A DNA stretch of 32,000 nt, taken from assembly GCF_036504765.1 (NCBI RefSeq), contig NZ_AP027790.1. One strand, given 5' to 3'. Source of the DNA: Escherichia coli. GTDB taxonomy: Bacteria; Pseudomonadota; Gammaproteobacteria; Enterobacterales; Enterobacteriaceae. The notes beneath the pieces were generated by a model. That model saw only the letters and a list, made by a program, of their open reading frames with translations, was not told where the DNA came from and searched no databases. Both the position numbers and the translations under genes were made by a program. This document shows positions 1 to 27,763 of this stretch, piece by piece; within the stretch, counting starts at the first letter, position 1, and each line of letters starts with the position of its first letter.

Positions 1-489
1 CACTTCATACTCATAGTGGTTACGCATGTCGATAAATAGTACATCGGGATCGTCAAGCATGGCGTTCACTTCCGCCGCTTGCAGATACTCACCAACATTG
101 CTGGCATCAAAGTGAGGATCGTCAATACCGTCGGCAACAATGCGATCGCGTACCTTCATGCGCAGTACCCAGAAGGATTTCCCGTCATCATCCAACGCGA
201 TATTCAGGCGTAAACCCTCTAAAGCCGGGTCGAAGGCATAGAGCTGCGCGCGAAATGTTTCAACATTGCTCGCAGGTACGCTGATTTGCGCGTTAATGCC
301 CTCATGCGCCAGATACACTCGCCCAAAAACATTCAGCGCGGTAAACAGCTGATATAAAGCGTCACGGGTCGCCTTAGGATCGGCGATGTGGAAATACTTG
401 TAAAACGAAATGGTGGTTCGCGGTTCGCTCTCAGCCAACATTTTGGCTTTTAGCGCGTCGTTGGAAATGCGGTTGTGTAACACTGGCAT
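1..489 (-). CDS. trhO: tRNA uridine(34) hydroxylase TrhO (YceA), N-terminal 163 codons; the gene continues past the window start
   Basis: The reverse complement from 489 reads [48 protein letters not shown]... and ends at position 1 with ...[11 protein letters not shown]. This matches my memory of E. coli YceA. It is divergent from lpxL, as in K-12. It is absent from the ORF track because it is truncated. Confidence 0.9.
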   Translation of the reverse strand, partial: MPVLHNRISNDALKAKMLAESEPRTTISFYKYFHIADPKATRDALYQLFTALNVFGRVYLAHEGINAQISVPASNVETFRAQLYAFDPALEGLRLNIALDDDGKSFWVLRMKVRDRIVADGIDDPHFDASNVGEYLQAAEVNAMLDDPDVLFIDMRNHYEYEV

Positions 490-713
490 GGTGTACGGTT
501 CCTGCGAGATGGGAAAGTAAAAATCCGCGGCATGATATAGCAATTATCGATAATTAACATCCACACATTTTACGCTACATTTGCGCATTAAAAATTATTT
601 GTTATTTACAAGCGCGGCAATTTCGCCCAGTCTTCAGCCACAAATTTTGGTTGCGGGCGAAAAAATGCGACAATACATACAATTGCCCGAATAGGTTGAA
701 AAACAGGATTGAT

Positions 714-1634
714 ATGACGAATCTACCCAATTTCTCCACCGCACTGCTTCATCCGCGTTATTGGTTAACCTGGTTGGGTATTGGCGTACTTTGGTTAGTC
801 GTGCAATTGCCCTACCCGGTTATCTACCGCCTCGGTTGTGGATTAGGAAAACTGGCGTTACGTTTTATGAAACGACGCGCAAAAATTGTGCATCGCAACC
901 TGGAACTGTGCTTCCCGGAAATGAGCGAACAAGAACGCCGTAAAATGGTGGTGAAGAATTTCGAATCCGTTGGCATGGGCCTGATGGAAACCGGCATGGC
1001 GTGGTTCTGGCCGGACCGCCGAATCGCCCGCTGGACGGAAGTGATCGGCATGGAACACATTCGTGACGTGCAGGCGCAAAAACGCGGCATCCTGTTAGTT
1101 GGCATCCATTTTCTGACACTGGAGCTGGGTGCGCGGCAGTTTGGTATGCAGGAACCGGGGATTGGCGTTTACCGCCCGAACGATAATCCACTGATTGACT
1201 GGCTACAAACCTGGGGCCGTTTGCGCTCAAATAAATCGATGCTCGACCGCAAAGATTTAAAAGGCATGATTAAAGCCCTGAAAAAAGGCGAAGTGGTCTG
1301 GTACGCACCGGATCATGATTACGGCCCGCGCTCAAGCGTTTTCGTCCCGTTATTTGCCGTTGAGCAGGCTGCGACCACGACCGGAACCTGGATGCTGGCA
1401 CGGATGTCCGGCGCATGTCTGGTGCCCTTCGTTCCACGCCGTAAGCCAGATGGCAAAGGGTATCAATTGATTATGCTGCCGCCAGAGTGTTCTCCGCCAC
1501 TGGATGATGCCGAAACTACCGCCGCGTGGATGAACAAAGTGGTCGAAAAATGCATCATGATGGCACCAGAGCAGTATATGTGGTTACACCGTCGCTTTAA
1601 AACACGCCCGGAAGGCGTTCCTTCACGCTATTAA
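714..1634 (+). CDS. lpxL: Lipid A biosynthesis lauroyltransferase LpxL (HtrB)
   Basis: Track ORF 651..1634. The known LpxL N-terminus [23 protein letters not shown] begins at the ATG at 714, giving 306 aa. Confidence 0.95.
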   Translation: MTNLPNFSTALLHPRYWLTWLGIGVLWLVVQLPYPVIYRLGCGLGKLALRFMKRRAKIVHRNLELCFPEMSEQERRKMVVKNFESVGMGLMETGMAWFWPDRRIARWTEVIGMEHIRDVQAQKRGILLVGIHFLTLELGARQFGMQEPGIGVYRPNDNPLIDWLQTWGRLRSNKSMLDRKDLKGMIKALKKGEVVWYAPDHDYGPRSSVFVPLFAVEQAATTTGTWMLARMSGACLVPFVPRRKPDGKGYQLIMLPPECSPPLDDAETTAAWMNKVVEKCIMMAPEQYMWLHRRFKTRPEGVPSRY

Positions 1635-1643
1635 ATCTCCCCT

Positions 1644-1670
1644 GCCGGATGCTTCAGAATGGCATCCGGC
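1644..1670 (+). terminator. Hairpin downstream of lpxL (gccggatgc N9 gcatccggc), a REP-like or terminator-like stem without a clear T-run
   Basis: A perfect 9 bp inverted repeat lies 10 nt after the lpxL stop codon. Confidence 0.45.
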
Positions 1671-1805
1671 ATTACCACAGCAAATCCCCCTGATTTAGCG
1701 ATAAAAGCTCTCTGGATTGCGCCCCCTGGAAGTCGGGCGCATAATTAGTGTGCTTATCTTTTCTTCTTATGTTCACCGCGCCTGGCGCACCAACAGCGGA
1801 TTGCT

Positions 1806-3032
1806 ATGTCACCCTGTGAAAATGACACCCCTATAAACTGGAAACGAAACCTGATCGTCGCCTGGCTAGGCTGTTTTCTTACCGGTGCCGCCTTCAGTCT
1901 GGTAATGCCCTTCCTACCCCTCTACGTTGAGCAGCTTGGAGTTACCGGTCACTCCGCCCTGAATATGTGGTCCGGTATTGTCTTCAGCATTACATTTTTA
2001 TTTTCGGCCATCGCCTCACCGTTTTGGGGTGGACTCGCCGACCGTAAAGGCCGAAAACTCATGCTATTACGCTCTGCCCTCGGCATGGGCATCGTGATGG
2101 TGTTGATGGGACTGGCACAAAATATCTGGCAGTTTTTGATCCTACGGGCGCTTCTTGGGTTACTTGGCGGATTTGTCCCCAACGCTAATGCTCTTATCGC
2201 CACACAAGTACCGCGTAATAAAAGCGGCTGGGCGCTGGGTACGCTCTCCACAGGCGGCGTTAGTGGTGCGTTGCTCGGCCCAATGGCTGGCGGCCTGCTC
2301 GCCGATAGCTACGGCTTACGTCCGGTATTCTTTATTACCGCCAGTGTGCTCATACTCTGCTTTTTCGTCACCCTGTTCTGCATCAGAGAAAAATTCCAGC
2401 CGGTCAGCAAAAAAGAGATGCTGCACATGCGGGAAGTGGTGACATCACTTAAAAACCCGAAACTGGTACTCAGCCTGTTTGTCACCACGTTAATCATCCA
2501 GGTGGCGACAGGCTCAATTGCCCCCATTCTGACGCTGTATGTCCGCGAACTGGCGGGTAACGTCAGTAACGTCGCCTTTATCAGTGGCATGATCGCCTCG
2601 GTGCCAGGCGTGGCGGCTCTGCTAAGCGCACCACGACTCGGCAAACTTGGCGATCGAATCGGACCCGAAAAGATCCTGATTACAGCGCTGATCTTTTCTG
2701 TACTGCTGTTGATCCCAATGTCTTACGTTCAGACGCCATTGCAACTTGGGATTTTACGTTTTTTGCTCGGTGCCGCCGATGGTGCACTACTCCCCGCCGT
2801 ACAGACACTGTTGGTTTACAACTCGAGCAACCAGATCGCCGGGCGTATCTTCAGCTATAACCAATCGTTTCGTGATATTGGCAACGTTACCGGACCATTG
2901 ATGGGAGCAGCGATTTCAGCGAACTACGGTTTCAGAGCGGTATTTCTCGTCACCGCTGGCGTAGTGTTATTCAACGCAGTCTATTCATGGAACAGTCTAC
3001 GTCGTCGTCGAATACCCCAGGTATCGAACTGA
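1806..3032 (+). CDS. mdtG: MFS multidrug efflux transporter MdtG (YceE)
   Basis: 408 aa polytopic membrane protein, [45 protein letters not shown]... It matches MdtG in length, sequence and synteny. Confidence 0.95.
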
Positions 3033-3114
3033 TTTTTCGCCTTTCATACTTGCAAAAGCGGAGAATCAGCTATCCTTTTCCCTGAAACCTCATCAACTCA
3101 AAGGGAGAATCGTG

Positions 3115-3489
3115 ATGACCATGTACGCAACGCTTGAAGAAGCCATTGACGCTGCACGCGAAGAATTTCTTGCAGACAACCCCGGCATCGACGCCGAAGA
3201 TGCGAATGTGCAACAGTTCAATGCCCAAAAATACGTTTTGCAGGACGGCGACATCATGTGGCAAGTTGAGTTTTTTGCCGACGAAGGGGAAGAAGGTGAA
3301 TGTTTACCTATGCTTAGCGGTGAAGCCGCGCAAAGTGTTTTTGATGGCGACTATGATGAGATAGAGATACGCCAGGAGTGGCAGGAAGAGAATACATTAC
3401 ATGAATGGGACGAGGGGGAATTTCAGCTTGAGCCACCGCTGGATACCGAGGAAGGACGCGCAGCAGCTGATGAGTGGGATGAACGTTAA
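3115..3489 (+). CDS. msyB: Acidic protein MsyB
   Basis: MTMYATLEEAIDAAREEFLADNPGIDAEDANVQQF..., a 124 aa highly acidic protein. The ATG at 3115 is preferred over the GTG at 3112 used by the track. Confidence 0.93.
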   Translation: MTMYATLEEAIDAAREEFLADNPGIDAEDANVQQFNAQKYVLQDGDIMWQVEFFADEGEEGECLPMLSGEAAQSVFDGDYDEIEIRQEWQEENTLHEWDEGEFQLEPPLDTEEGRAAADEWDER

Positions 3490-3717
3490 TCACTCATACG
3501 GGCCATGATGAATGTCGATCGGCAGCAGTAAAGTATCAAAAACCAGAGAGAATGGCAGATCAAGGATCGTGACATAACGCCAGGCGGAGTCACGCACATC
3601 CCATTGCACACCGGGATAATATTGGTTGCCATGCCCCTGCCCCGGTATAGTGCGACTAATAATGCTGCCACAGCCACTCAGCAAGGTCACCATGATGCTC
3701 ACCACAATTAAACGCAT
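3490..3717 (-). CDS. yceK: Lipoprotein YceK
   Basis: 75 aa, MRLIVVSIMVTLLSGC lipobox. It is convergent with msyB, and the two stop codons abut. Confidence 0.92.
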   Translation of the reverse strand: MRLIVVSIMVTLLSGCGSIISRTIPGQGHGNQYYPGVQWDVRDSAWRYVTILDLPFSLVFDTLLLPIDIHHGPYE

Positions 3718-3733
3718 TTGATACCTCTTTCGT

Positions 3734-3765
3734 AAAAAAATACCGGCATAACGCCGGTATTTTTA
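3734..3765. terminator. Bidirectional rho-independent terminator-like hairpin between opgH and yceK
   Basis: Stem ataccggc / gccggtat with a 5 nt loop, flanked by an A7 run on one side and a T5 run on the other. Confidence 0.6.
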
Positions 3766-3781
3766 TTGGCTCGTTGTTTTT

Positions 3782-3880
3782 GCCGGATGCGGCGTGAACG
3801 CCTTATCCGACCCACAAAATCTTGCAAAATCAATAAATTGCAGGAACGATGTAGGCCTGATAAGCGTAGCGCATCAGGCA
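3782..3880. repeat. Pair of REP elements (BIME-like) downstream of opgH
   Basis: gccggatgcggcgtgaacgccttatccgacc (3782-3812) and gtaggcctgataagcgtagcgcatcaggca (3851-3880) are classical E. coli REP consensus sequences. Confidence 0.85.
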
Positions 3881-3889
3881 ACTACGTTT

Positions 3890-8072
<4,183 letters not shown>

Positions 8073-8354
8073 TCAGCACGCTGGCTCATGGATTAAGCAC
8101 CTGATTGCAACCGTTTTCACTTTCCGTGCTTCTCCTAAAGACAGAAGCATCGACTTCGTGTAGGGTTTGCCAGCAATTTTATTTATCAACCGTCTTACAG
8201 ACGCTTCCATTCTGGTTAGTGGTAGCGATGATGCTATGCATAAAAACCTTGAAGCCTGCGCCTGGCGCGGTCAGGTCGGTGTCGCTATGGCAACAAGCCT
8301 AAAGGCATAACCCGACAGGGATAAGACGAAAAATCCGAGATTAGTTAACCATAT

Positions 8355-9512
8355 ATGAATCCAGTACCCGCGCAACGTGAATATTTCCTCGACTCCATCC
8401 GCGCCTGGCTGATGTTGTTAGGGATCCCTTTTCATATTTCTTTAATCTATTCGAGCCATACATGGCATGTGAATAGCGCCGAACCATCATTGTGGCTGAC
8501 CCTTTTTAATGACTTCATCCACTCGTTCCGCATGCAGGTATTTTTCGTTATATCCGGCTACTTTTCCTACATGCTTTTTTTACGCTATCCCTTGAAAAAA
8601 TGGTGGAAAGTACGTGTCGAACGTGTAGGTATCCCGATGTTAACAGCCATCCCCCTACTGACATTACCGCAATTTATTATGCTGCAATATGTCAAAGGAA
8701 AAGCGGAAAGTTGGCCTGGGCTGTCATTGTATGACAAATATAATACGTTGGCCTGGGAATTAATATCACACCTGTGGTTTTTACTGGTGTTAGTAGTCAT
8801 GACGACGCTGTGCGTATGGATATTTAAGCGCATCAGAAATAATTTAGAAAATTCTGATAAAACGAATAAAAAATTCTCGATGGTAAAACTATCGGTGATT
8901 TTTTTATGCCTCGGCATCGGTTATGCGGTAATAAGAAGAACGATTTTTATTGTGTATCCGCCCATTCTGAGTAATGGCATGTTCAATTTTATTGTCATGC
9001 AAACGCTGTTTTATTTGCCGTTCTTTATCCTCGGCGCACTGGCTTTCATTTTCCCTCATCTTAAAGCCTTGTTTACCACGCCGTCTCGTGGCTGTACCCT
9101 TGCAGCAGCATTGGCGTTTGTCGCTTATTTACTCAACCAGCGCTATGGCAGTGGCGATGCCTGGATGTACGAAACCGAGTCGGTGATCACCATGGTCCTC
9201 GGTCTGTGGATGGTGAATGTGGTCTTCTCCTTTGGCCACCGTTTGCTTAACTTCCAGTCAGCGCGGGTGACTTATTTTGTTAACGCATCGCTGTTTATCT
9301 ATCTGGTTCACCACCCGTTAACGCTGTTTTTCGGCGCATACATTACACCGCACATCACCTCCAACTGGCTTGGTTTTCTCTGTGGCCTGATATTTGTAGT
9401 AGGGATTGCGATAATTCTGTATGAAATTCATTTGCGCATCCCGTTACTGAAGTTTTTGTTCTCTGGTAAACCGGTTGTTAAGCGTGAGAACGATAAAGCA
9501 CCAGCCCGTTAA
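8355..9512 (+). CDS. opgC: Glucans biosynthesis succinyltransferase OpgC (MdoC), acyltransferase-3 family membrane protein
   Basis: 385 aa polytopic protein, [32 protein letters not shown]... It is divergent from opgGH. Confidence 0.93.
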   Translation: MNPVPAQREYFLDSIRAWLMLLGIPFHISLIYSSHTWHVNSAEPSLWLTLFNDFIHSFRMQVFFVISGYFSYMLFLRYPLKKWWKVRVERVGIPMLTAIPLLTLPQFIMLQYVKGKAESWPGLSLYDKYNTLAWELISHLWFLLVLVVMTTLCVWIFKRIRNNLENSDKTNKKFSMVKLSVIFLCLGIGYAVIRRTIFIVYPPILSNGMFNFIVMQTLFYLPFFILGALAFIFPHLKALFTTPSRGCTLAAALAFVAYLLNQRYGSGDAWMYETESVITMVLGLWMVNVVFSFGHRLLNFQSARVTYFVNASLFIYLVHHPLTLFFGAYITPHITSNWLGFLCGLIFVVGIAIILYEIHLRIPLLKFLFSGKPVVKRENDKAPAR

Positions 9513-9519
9513 GCCACAT

Positions 9520-10950
9520 TTACAATAACCATTCCACGGGCAATATCGACGCCAGTCTGACCATAACCCGCTTCCAGAAACTGGTGGCGGGTTCTTTTTT
9601 GAGAATAATCTCTTTCTTTGCATGACGATCAACCCAGTTGATCCGTCCCCACCTGTCCAGACGGAGCTGCCAGGCCGCATCATACTGGCTCTGAATAAAG
9701 CGTTTATCAATTAACTGTGCCAGCGTTTCGCTCTCTATCACGAAGCCCATTTCAGTATTGAGCAATGTTGAACGCGGATCGAAATTGAAAGAGCCGATAA
9801 ACACCGTTTTACCATCGATGCTAAAGGTTTTAGCATGCAGGCTGGCTCCGGAATTACCGGTTATGCCGCGATCGTGTAACGTACTACTTTGTTCACGCGT
9901 CGGCTTGAGTTCATATAATTCCACGCCATAGCGGAGCAATTTTTTGCGCCAGCGCGCGTATCCGGCATGGACGACAGCAACATCGTTAGCGGCAAGAGAA
10001 TTGGTTAGGATCGCAATCTTTACCCCTTTTCTCACCATCCGTAAGAGTTGCGCCACACCTGCGCGTGTCGGTACAAAATAGGAAGAGATAATATCGATGC
10101 GTTCACTGGGTGAGCCCATGATATCGAACAGGCGCTGCGGTAACAGTGAATGCCGTTTTGCCTTGCCCTCCCCTTTCGCCGGATCATCACTTAATAAACG
10201 TGTTTTCGCCCAGATAAGCGGCAACGTTCCATCAACCAGATGATTTATAAACGGACTGGATTCCATTTTGCGTAAGTAACGATGCGTCATAGCATCGTTA
10301 TGCCAGGAGGCGGGTAACTCGATGCGATCCGCCATTTCACCTTCCGGGACATCCAGCACTTGCTGTAAGGGTGAAACCGATTTGCAATACCAGTAGCGGG
10401 CGAAATCATCGGCAACGTCCTCTACCACGGGCCCTATTGCCATAACATCTAAATCCGAAAAAAGTGGCTCTTCCCCTGCCCCAAAATAGGCATCACCAAT
10501 ATTTCGCCCCCCTACCAGCGTCACCACGCCATCGACAGTGAAACTTTTATTGTGCATACGGCGATTGAGACGGGAAAAGTCGGTGATATAACCAAGCGGA
10601 CGCAGCAAGCGAAACGAGAAAGGATTAAAAAGCCGGACTTCAATGCGGGGATGGCTGTCAAGCAAGCGTAAAATGTCGTCAAGTCCGGGCGTATTGTTGT
10701 CGTCCAGCAACAAACGGACGCGAACGCCACGCTTTGCTGCGGCTAACAGGGCGGAAAACAGTAACCGACCCGACATATCGTCCTGCCAGATGTAATACTG
10801 AACATCCAGCGTATGCTCTGCCATTTCGGCCAGACGATACCGGGCGGCAAACGCATCCAGACTTTTCTCCAGAGGGAAAAGACCACACTGACCGGGATGT
10901 TGCGAACACAGTGGCAGCACCGCGCTCGCCAGCCGGGGCAAATCATTCAT
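9520..10950 (-). CDS. clsC: Cardiolipin synthase C (YmdC), phospholipase-D family
   Basis: Track ORF 9520..11217 runs through ymdB. The plausible start [25 protein letters not shown] is at 10950 and overlaps the ymdB stop (ATGAATGA). Two HKD-type motifs are present ([18 protein letters not shown]). Confidence 0.9.
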   Translation of the reverse strand: MNDLPRLASAVLPLCSQHPGQCGLFPLEKSLDAFAARYRLAEMAEHTLDVQYYIWQDDMSGRLLFSALLAAAKRGVRVRLLLDDNNTPGLDDILRLLDSHPRIEVRLFNPFSFRLLRPLGYITDFSRLNRRMHNKSFTVDGVVTLVGGRNIGDAYFGAGEEPLFSDLDVMAIGPVVEDVADDFARYWYCKSVSPLQQVLDVPEGEMADRIELPASWHNDAMTHRYLRKMESSPFINHLVDGTLPLIWAKTRLLSDDPAKGEGKAKRHSLLPQRLFDIMGSPSERIDIISSYFVPTRAGVAQLLRMVRKGVKIAILTNSLAANDVAVVHAGYARWRKKLLRYGVELYELKPTREQSSTLHDRGITGNSGASLHAKTFSIDGKTVFIGSFNFDPRSTLLNTEMGFVIESETLAQLIDKRFIQSQYDAAWQLRLDRWGRINWVDRHAKKEIILKKEPATSFWKRVMVRLASILPVEWLL

Positions 10951-11476
10951 CTCCTTGTTGGGTAAGGAGTCTTTCGTAGAGGTGGGCGTTTTCTTCATCA
11001 TAACAGACAAAGTATACCTGTTCGGGTAAAGCGTGACGGGTAATAAATTCTGAAACGGTTTTAACTGCGATTTCAGCCGCTGCCGCACGAGGGTAACCAT
11101 AAACCCCAGTACTGATTGCAGGAAAAGCCACTGACGTATAGCTGTTTGCCGCCACCAGTCGTAGGCTATTGAGATAGGCATCCTGCAAAAGCTGGTCTTC
11201 GTTTTGTTCACCACCACGCCAGACTGGCCCGACGGTGTGCACTACGGCTTTAGCGGGAAGAGCGCCTGCAAGCGTAATAACGGCATGCCCCGTAGGGCAA
11301 TCGCCCTGCTGTTGCCTGACTTTTAAACAGGCATCCAGCAGGGCCGGACCCGCTGCGCGATGAATGGCCCCATCGACGCCGCCGCCTCCCATTAATGACG
11401 GATTAGCCGCATTCACAATCACATCAACGGCCAGTTTGGTAATATCACCCTGCACAACATGAATACACGTTTTCAT
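10943..11476 (-). CDS. ymdB: O-acetyl-ADP-ribose deacetylase YmdB (macro domain)
   Basis: 177 aa, [44 protein letters not shown]..., a macro-domain signature. Confidence 0.95.
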   Translation of the reverse strand: MKTCIHVVQGDITKLAVDVIVNAANPSLMGGGGVDGAIHRAAGPALLDACLKVRQQQGDCPTGHAVITLAGALPAKAVVHTVGPVWRGGEQNEDQLLQDAYLNSLRLVAANSYTSVAFPAISTGVYGYPRAAAAEIAVKTVSEFITRHALPEQVYFVCYDEENAHLYERLLTQQGDE

Positions 11477-11570
11477 AACGCCTCCTTACACCTTCTTGTT
11501 TCTTAAGTGTACAGCAGGCTTTTTGGTTAAATCGCATTTTTCTGCTCAGCAACGTGCGTTGTTCAGAAAC

Positions 11571-16204
<4,634 letters not shown>

Positions 16205-16215
16205 TATTATGTTAT

Positions 16216-16238
16216 GGCGTCTTTCGGGACGCCTTTTT
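16216..16238 (+). terminator. Rho-independent terminator after the coat gene
   Basis: ggcgtc tttcgg gacgcc followed by ttttt. Confidence 0.8.
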
Positions 16239-16240
16239 AG

Positions 16241-20363
<4,123 letters not shown>

Positions 20364-20401
20364 CAGGGGCTATTGATGATGTTGTCTGCACGTGATGAGT
20401 T

Positions 20402-20569
<168 letters not shown>

Positions 20570-20605
20570 GGGCAGTTACCGAGACGAGCGACGCAAGGCG
20601 TGAGT

Positions 20606-20898
<293 letters not shown>

Positions 20899-20901
20899 TT
20901 T

Positions 20902-20936
<35 letters not shown>

Positions 20937-20945
20937 TATCTGACG

Positions 20946-21233
<288 letters not shown>

Positions 21234-21283
21234 GCTCACTGGCTGACAGGCTTATCGGTAAGCGTTATTGTTATGTGAGGTGA

Positions 21284-22612
<1,329 letters not shown>

Positions 22613-22636
22613 TTCTCACAGATATAGCCAACAAAA

Positions 22637-22670
22637 TAAAAGCCAGTTACCTTATAACTGGCTTTTATTT
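22637..22670. terminator. Bidirectional terminator between pIV and the convergent 80 aa ORF
   Basis: Stem agccagtta / taactggct (22641-22649 / 22655-22663) with a 5 nt loop, an A-rich run upstream and a T-rich run downstream. Confidence 0.75.
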
Positions 22671-22689
22671 TATTATGTTTGATTACTCT

Positions 22690-23591
<902 letters not shown>

Positions 23592-23602
23592 ATTCTTCTC
23601 CC

Positions 23603-23628
23603 GAAAAAAAACAGGGCTTGCGCCCTGT
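23603..23628 (-). terminator. Rho-independent terminator/attenuator between csgA and csgC
   Basis: On the minus strand: acagggc gcaa gccctgt followed by T8. Confidence 0.75.
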
Positions 23629-23649
23629 TTCTGTAATACAAATGATGTA

Positions 23650-24105
23650 TTAGTACTGATGAGCGGTCGCGTTGTTACCAAAGCCAACCTGAGTCACGTT
23701 GACGGAGGAGTTAGATGCAGTCTGGTCAACTGCAGCACCGTTGCCACCACCGAACTGTTTAACAGTCATTTCAGAATTTTTGCCGTTCCACTGATCAAGA
23801 GTGGCGCTGTTACCGAAGCCACGTTGGGTCAGATCGATTGAGCTGTCATCTGAGCCCTGACCTACATCTGCACCATTACCACCGCCATGCTGGGTAATAG
23901 TCAAGTCAGAGTTACGGGCATCAGTTTGCAGAGCAAGTGCAGAGTTACCGCCACCGTACTGGTAAATGTTCAGCTCTGAATTTGGGCCGCTATTATTACC
24001 GCCACCACCGTGGTTACCGCCGCCGCCGTACTGAGGAACAACACCTGCCAGAGCGCTACCGGAGAATACGATTGCTGCAATTGCTGCTACTTTTAAAAGT
24101 TTCAT
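23650..24105 (-). CDS. csgA: Major curlin subunit CsgA
   Basis: 151 aa, MKLLKVAAIAAIVFSGSALAGVVPQYGGGGNHGGGGNNSGPNSELNIYQYGGGNSALALQ..., with five Q/N-rich repeats. Confidence 0.97.
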   Translation of the reverse strand: MKLLKVAAIAAIVFSGSALAGVVPQYGGGGNHGGGGNNSGPNSELNIYQYGGGNSALALQTDARNSDLTITQHGGGNGADVGQGSDDSSIDLTQRGFGNSATLDQWNGKNSEMTVKQFGGGNGAAVDQTASNSSVNVTQVGFGNNATAHQY

Positions 24106-24145
24106 GTAAAACCCCCATCGGATTGATTTAAAAGTCGAATGGAAA

Positions 24146-24601
24146 TTAACGTTGTGTCACGCGAATAGCCATTTGCGACTGTCTCTGCACTACAATTGCC
24201 GTTTTTTGAGTACCATACTGTGTAATATTTGCTTTATTACCAGAACCTTTCTGGATAATCATCGCAGTATTACCATAAGCACCTTGCGAAATACTGGCAT
24301 CGTTGGCACTGCCCGCCTGATCAATATATGCAAGGTTATAATCTCCTGTCTGGTCAATCTTTGCCCGGTTGCTACTACCTTCTTGCGCAACAACCGCCAA
24401 AAGTTTTGAGCCTCCCTGCCGTAACTGAGCACTATTATTCGTCCCAGCTTGACCAATTATGGCTGCCTGATTAAATGAAGACTTACTCAATTCATTTACC
24501 GCGAAGTTATATTCTGAATTAGCTAAATCATAACCTGCTGCGGCTGCAATCCCAGGCGCACCCAGTATTGTTAACATCATAAATAACAATTTGTTTTTCA
24601 T
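24146..24601 (-). CDS. csgB: Minor curlin / nucleator CsgB
   Basis: 151 aa from MKNKLLFMMLTILGAPGIAAAAGYDLANSEYNFAVNEL. The track ORF is extended to 24628. Confidence 0.96.
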   Translation of the reverse strand: MKNKLLFMMLTILGAPGIAAAAGYDLANSEYNFAVNELSKSSFNQAAIIGQAGTNNSAQLRQGGSKLLAVVAQEGSSNRAKIDQTGDYNLAYIDQAGSANDASISQGAYGNTAMIIQKGSGNKANITQYGTQKTAIVVQRQSQMAIRVTQR

Positions 24602-24725
24602 GTTGTCACCCTGGACCTGGTCGTACATTTAAGAAATTAAATCATTTCAACTTGGTTGTTAACGCAACCTGTATTTTGTTAACGCTGCGTTACGATGGAA
24701 AGTATGTCTGCGGAAATATTTTTAA

Positions 24726-24736
24726 TAACTCACCCG
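24726..24736 (-). promoter_or_regulatory. CsgD box upstream of csgB
   Basis: The minus strand reads cgggtgagtta, which matches the published CsgD recognition sequence upstream of the csgB promoter as I recall it. Confidence 0.7.
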
Positions 24737-25147
24737 CGCGTTGTATTTTTCTTTTTTTGTTCATACCAAAGTATTAAAACCCACGTAAATACGCTGTTAT
24801 CTACGCAAAAAATATTTTGTTTTCTTTTAAACCTCCGTTTTCCGCTATCAAAAATCACCAGACAGTCATTTTTCTTGCCCGTCGCTGATTGCTGCGATAT
24901 GTCTTGCGCACAAGCCGTGACAAACCTCGTCTTTTTGCAGTAAAAAATTGTCCACGGAGGTGCGGAGAAAAAACAAGAACGTTTTACATGACGAAAGGAC
25001 TACACCGAAATATTTTTTATATGTATTATTAGTAAGTTATCACCATTTGTATGATTTTTTAAAATTGTGCAATAAAAACCAAATGTACAACTTTTCTATC
25101 ATTTCTAAACTTAATAAAACCTTAAGATTAACATTTTAATATAACGA

Positions 25148-25171
25148 GTTACATTTAGTTACATGTTTAAC
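25148..25171 (+). promoter_or_regulatory. OmpR binding site of the csgD promoter
   Basis: The tandem gttacatttagttacatgtttaac matches the OmpR site described just upstream of the csgD -35 region. Confidence 0.75.
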
Positions 25172-25354
25172 ACTTGATTTAAGATTTGTAATGGCTAGAT
25201 TGAAATCAGATGTAATCCATTAGTTTTATATTTTACCCATTTAGGGCTGATTTATTACTACACACAGCAGTGCAACATCTGTCAGTACTTCTGGTGCTTC
25301 TATTTTAGAGGCAGCTGTCAGGTGTGCGATCAATAAAAAAAGCGGGGTTTCATC

Positions 25355-26005
<651 letters not shown>

Positions 26006-26009
26006 AGCC

Positions 26010-26399
26010 ATGAAACGTTATTTACGCTGGATTGTGGCGGCAGAATTTCTGTTCGCCGCAGGGAATCTTCACGCCGTTGAGGTAGAAGTCCCGGGATTGT
26101 TAACTGACCATACTGTTTCATCTATTGGCCATGATTTTTACCGAGCCTTTAGTGATAAATGGGAAAGTGACTATACGGGTAACTTAACGATTAATGAAAG
26201 GCCCAGTGCACGATGGGGAAGCTGGATCACTATAACGGTCAATCAGGACGTTATTTTCCAGACTTTTTTATTTCCGTTGAAAAGAGACTTCGAGAAAACT
26301 GTCGTCTTTGCACTGATTCAAACTGAAGAAGCACTAAATCGTCGCCAGATAAATCAGGCGTTATTAAGTACGGGCGATTTGGCGCATGATGAATTCTAA
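26010..26399 (+). CDS. csgE: Curli secretion specificity factor CsgE
   Basis: 129 aa, [47 protein letters not shown]... Confidence 0.96.
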
Positions 26400-26423
26400 A
26401 TAAAAAATTGTTCGGAGGCTGCA

Positions 26424-26840
26424 ATGCGTGTCAAACATGCAGTAGTTCTACTCATGCTTATTTCGCCATTAAGTTGGGCTGGAACCATGACTTTCCAGTT
26501 CCGTAATCCAAACTTTGGTGGTAACCCAAATAATGGCGCTTTTTTATTAAATAGCGCTCAGGCCCAAAACTCTTATAAAGATCCGAGCTATAACGATGAC
26601 TTTGGTATTGAAACACCCTCAGCGTTAGATAACTTTACTCAGGCCATCCAGTCACAAATTTTAGGTGGGCTACTGTCGAATATTAATACCGGTAAACCGG
26701 GCCGCATGGTGACCAACGATTATATTGTTGATATTGCTAACCGCGATGGTCAATTGCAGTTGAACGTGACAGATCGTAAAACCGGACAAACCTCGACCAT
26801 CCAGGTTTCGGGTTTACAAAATAACTCAACCGATTTTTAA
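26424..26840 (+). CDS. csgF: Curli assembly component CsgF
   Basis: 138 aa, [49 protein letters not shown]... Confidence 0.96.
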
Positions 26841-26866
26841 GCCCCAGCTTCATAAGGAAAATAATC

Positions 26867-27700
26867 ATGCAGCGCTTATTTCTTTTGGTTGCCGTCATGT
26901 TACTGAGCGGATGCTTAACCGCCCCGCCTAAAGAAGCCGCCAGACCGACATTAATGCCTCGAGCTCAGAGCTACAAAGATTTGACCCATCTGCCAGCGCC
27001 GTCGGGTAAGATCTTTGTTTCGGTATACAACATTCAGGACGAAACCGGGCAATTTAAACCCTACCCGGCAAGTAACTTCTCCACTGCTGTTCCGCAAAGC
27101 GCCACGGCAATGCTGGTCACGGCATTGAAAGATTCTCGCTGGTTTATACCGCTGGAGCGCCAGGGCTTACAAAACCTGCTTAACGAGCGCAAGATTATTC
27201 GTGCGGCACAAGAAAACGGCACGGTTGCCATTAATAACCGAATCCCGCTGCAATCTTTAACGGCGGCAAATATTATGGTTGAAGGTTCGATTATCGGTTA
27301 TGAAAGCAACGTTAAATCGGGCGGTGTTGGGGCAAGATATTTTGGGATCGGTGCAGACACGCAATACCAGCTCGATCAGATTGCCGTGAACCTGCGCGTC
27401 GTCAATGTGAGTACCGGTGAGATCCTCTCCTCGGTGAACACCAGTAAGACGATACTTTCCTATGAAGTTCAGGCCGGGGTTTTCCGCTTTATTGACTACC
27501 AGCGCTTGCTGGAAGGGGAAGTGGGTTACACCTCAAACGAACCCGTTATGCTGTGTCTGATGTCGGCTATCGAAACAGGGGTCATTTTCCTGATTAATGA
27601 TGGTATCGACCGTGGTCTGTGGGATTTGCAGAACAAAGCAGAACGGCAGAACGACATTCTGGTGAAATACCGCCATATGTCGGTTCCACCGGAATCCTGA
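26867..27700 (+). CDS. csgG: Curli outer-membrane secretion channel lipoprotein CsgG
   Basis: 277 aa, MQRLFLLVAVMLLSGC lipobox, with synteny. Confidence 0.97.
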   Translation: MQRLFLLVAVMLLSGCLTAPPKEAARPTLMPRAQSYKDLTHLPAPSGKIFVSVYNIQDETGQFKPYPASNFSTAVPQSATAMLVTALKDSRWFIPLERQGLQNLLNERKIIRAAQENGTVAINNRIPLQSLTAANIMVEGSIIGYESNVKSGGVGARYFGIGADTQYQLDQIAVNLRVVNVSTGEILSSVNTSKTILSYEVQAGVFRFIDYQRLLEGEVGYTSNEPVMLCLMSAIETGVIFLINDGIDRGLWDLQNKAERQNDILVKYRHMSVPPES

Positions 27701-27704
27701 CAGA

Positions 27705-27735
27705 TAAAAAAGCCGGAATTATCATCCGGCATTTT
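27705..27735. terminator. Bidirectional terminator between csgG and ycdZ
   Basis: An A-run, then gccgga attatca tccggc, then atttt. Confidence 0.7.
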
Positions 27736-27763
27736 ACTGTTTAAGCGAAAGCGTGAGTGCCCC

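Larger units (their letters stand above)
24602..25354. promoter_or_regulatory. Divergent csgBAC / csgDEFG control region (753 bp, AT-rich)
   Basis: This is the known long intergenic hub between csgB and csgD. It contains the sites listed below. The csgD transcript start is expected roughly 150 nt upstream of the ATG (near 25205), after a tagatt -10-like hexamer at 25196-25201. Confidence 0.85.

Noticed and set aside
3487-3492. The msyB and yceK stop codons abut with no intergenic nucleotide (convergent genes)
   Set aside because: The observation is real, but this is the normal K-12 arrangement and not novel.
24602-25354. The very long AT-rich csgB-csgD intergenic region, considered as a possible hidden gene or mobile remnant (track ORFs 24695..24943 and 24948..25139)
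   Set aside because: This is the well-characterised curli regulatory region, and recognisable OmpR and CsgD sites are present. The ORFs there are chance frames in AT-rich DNA.
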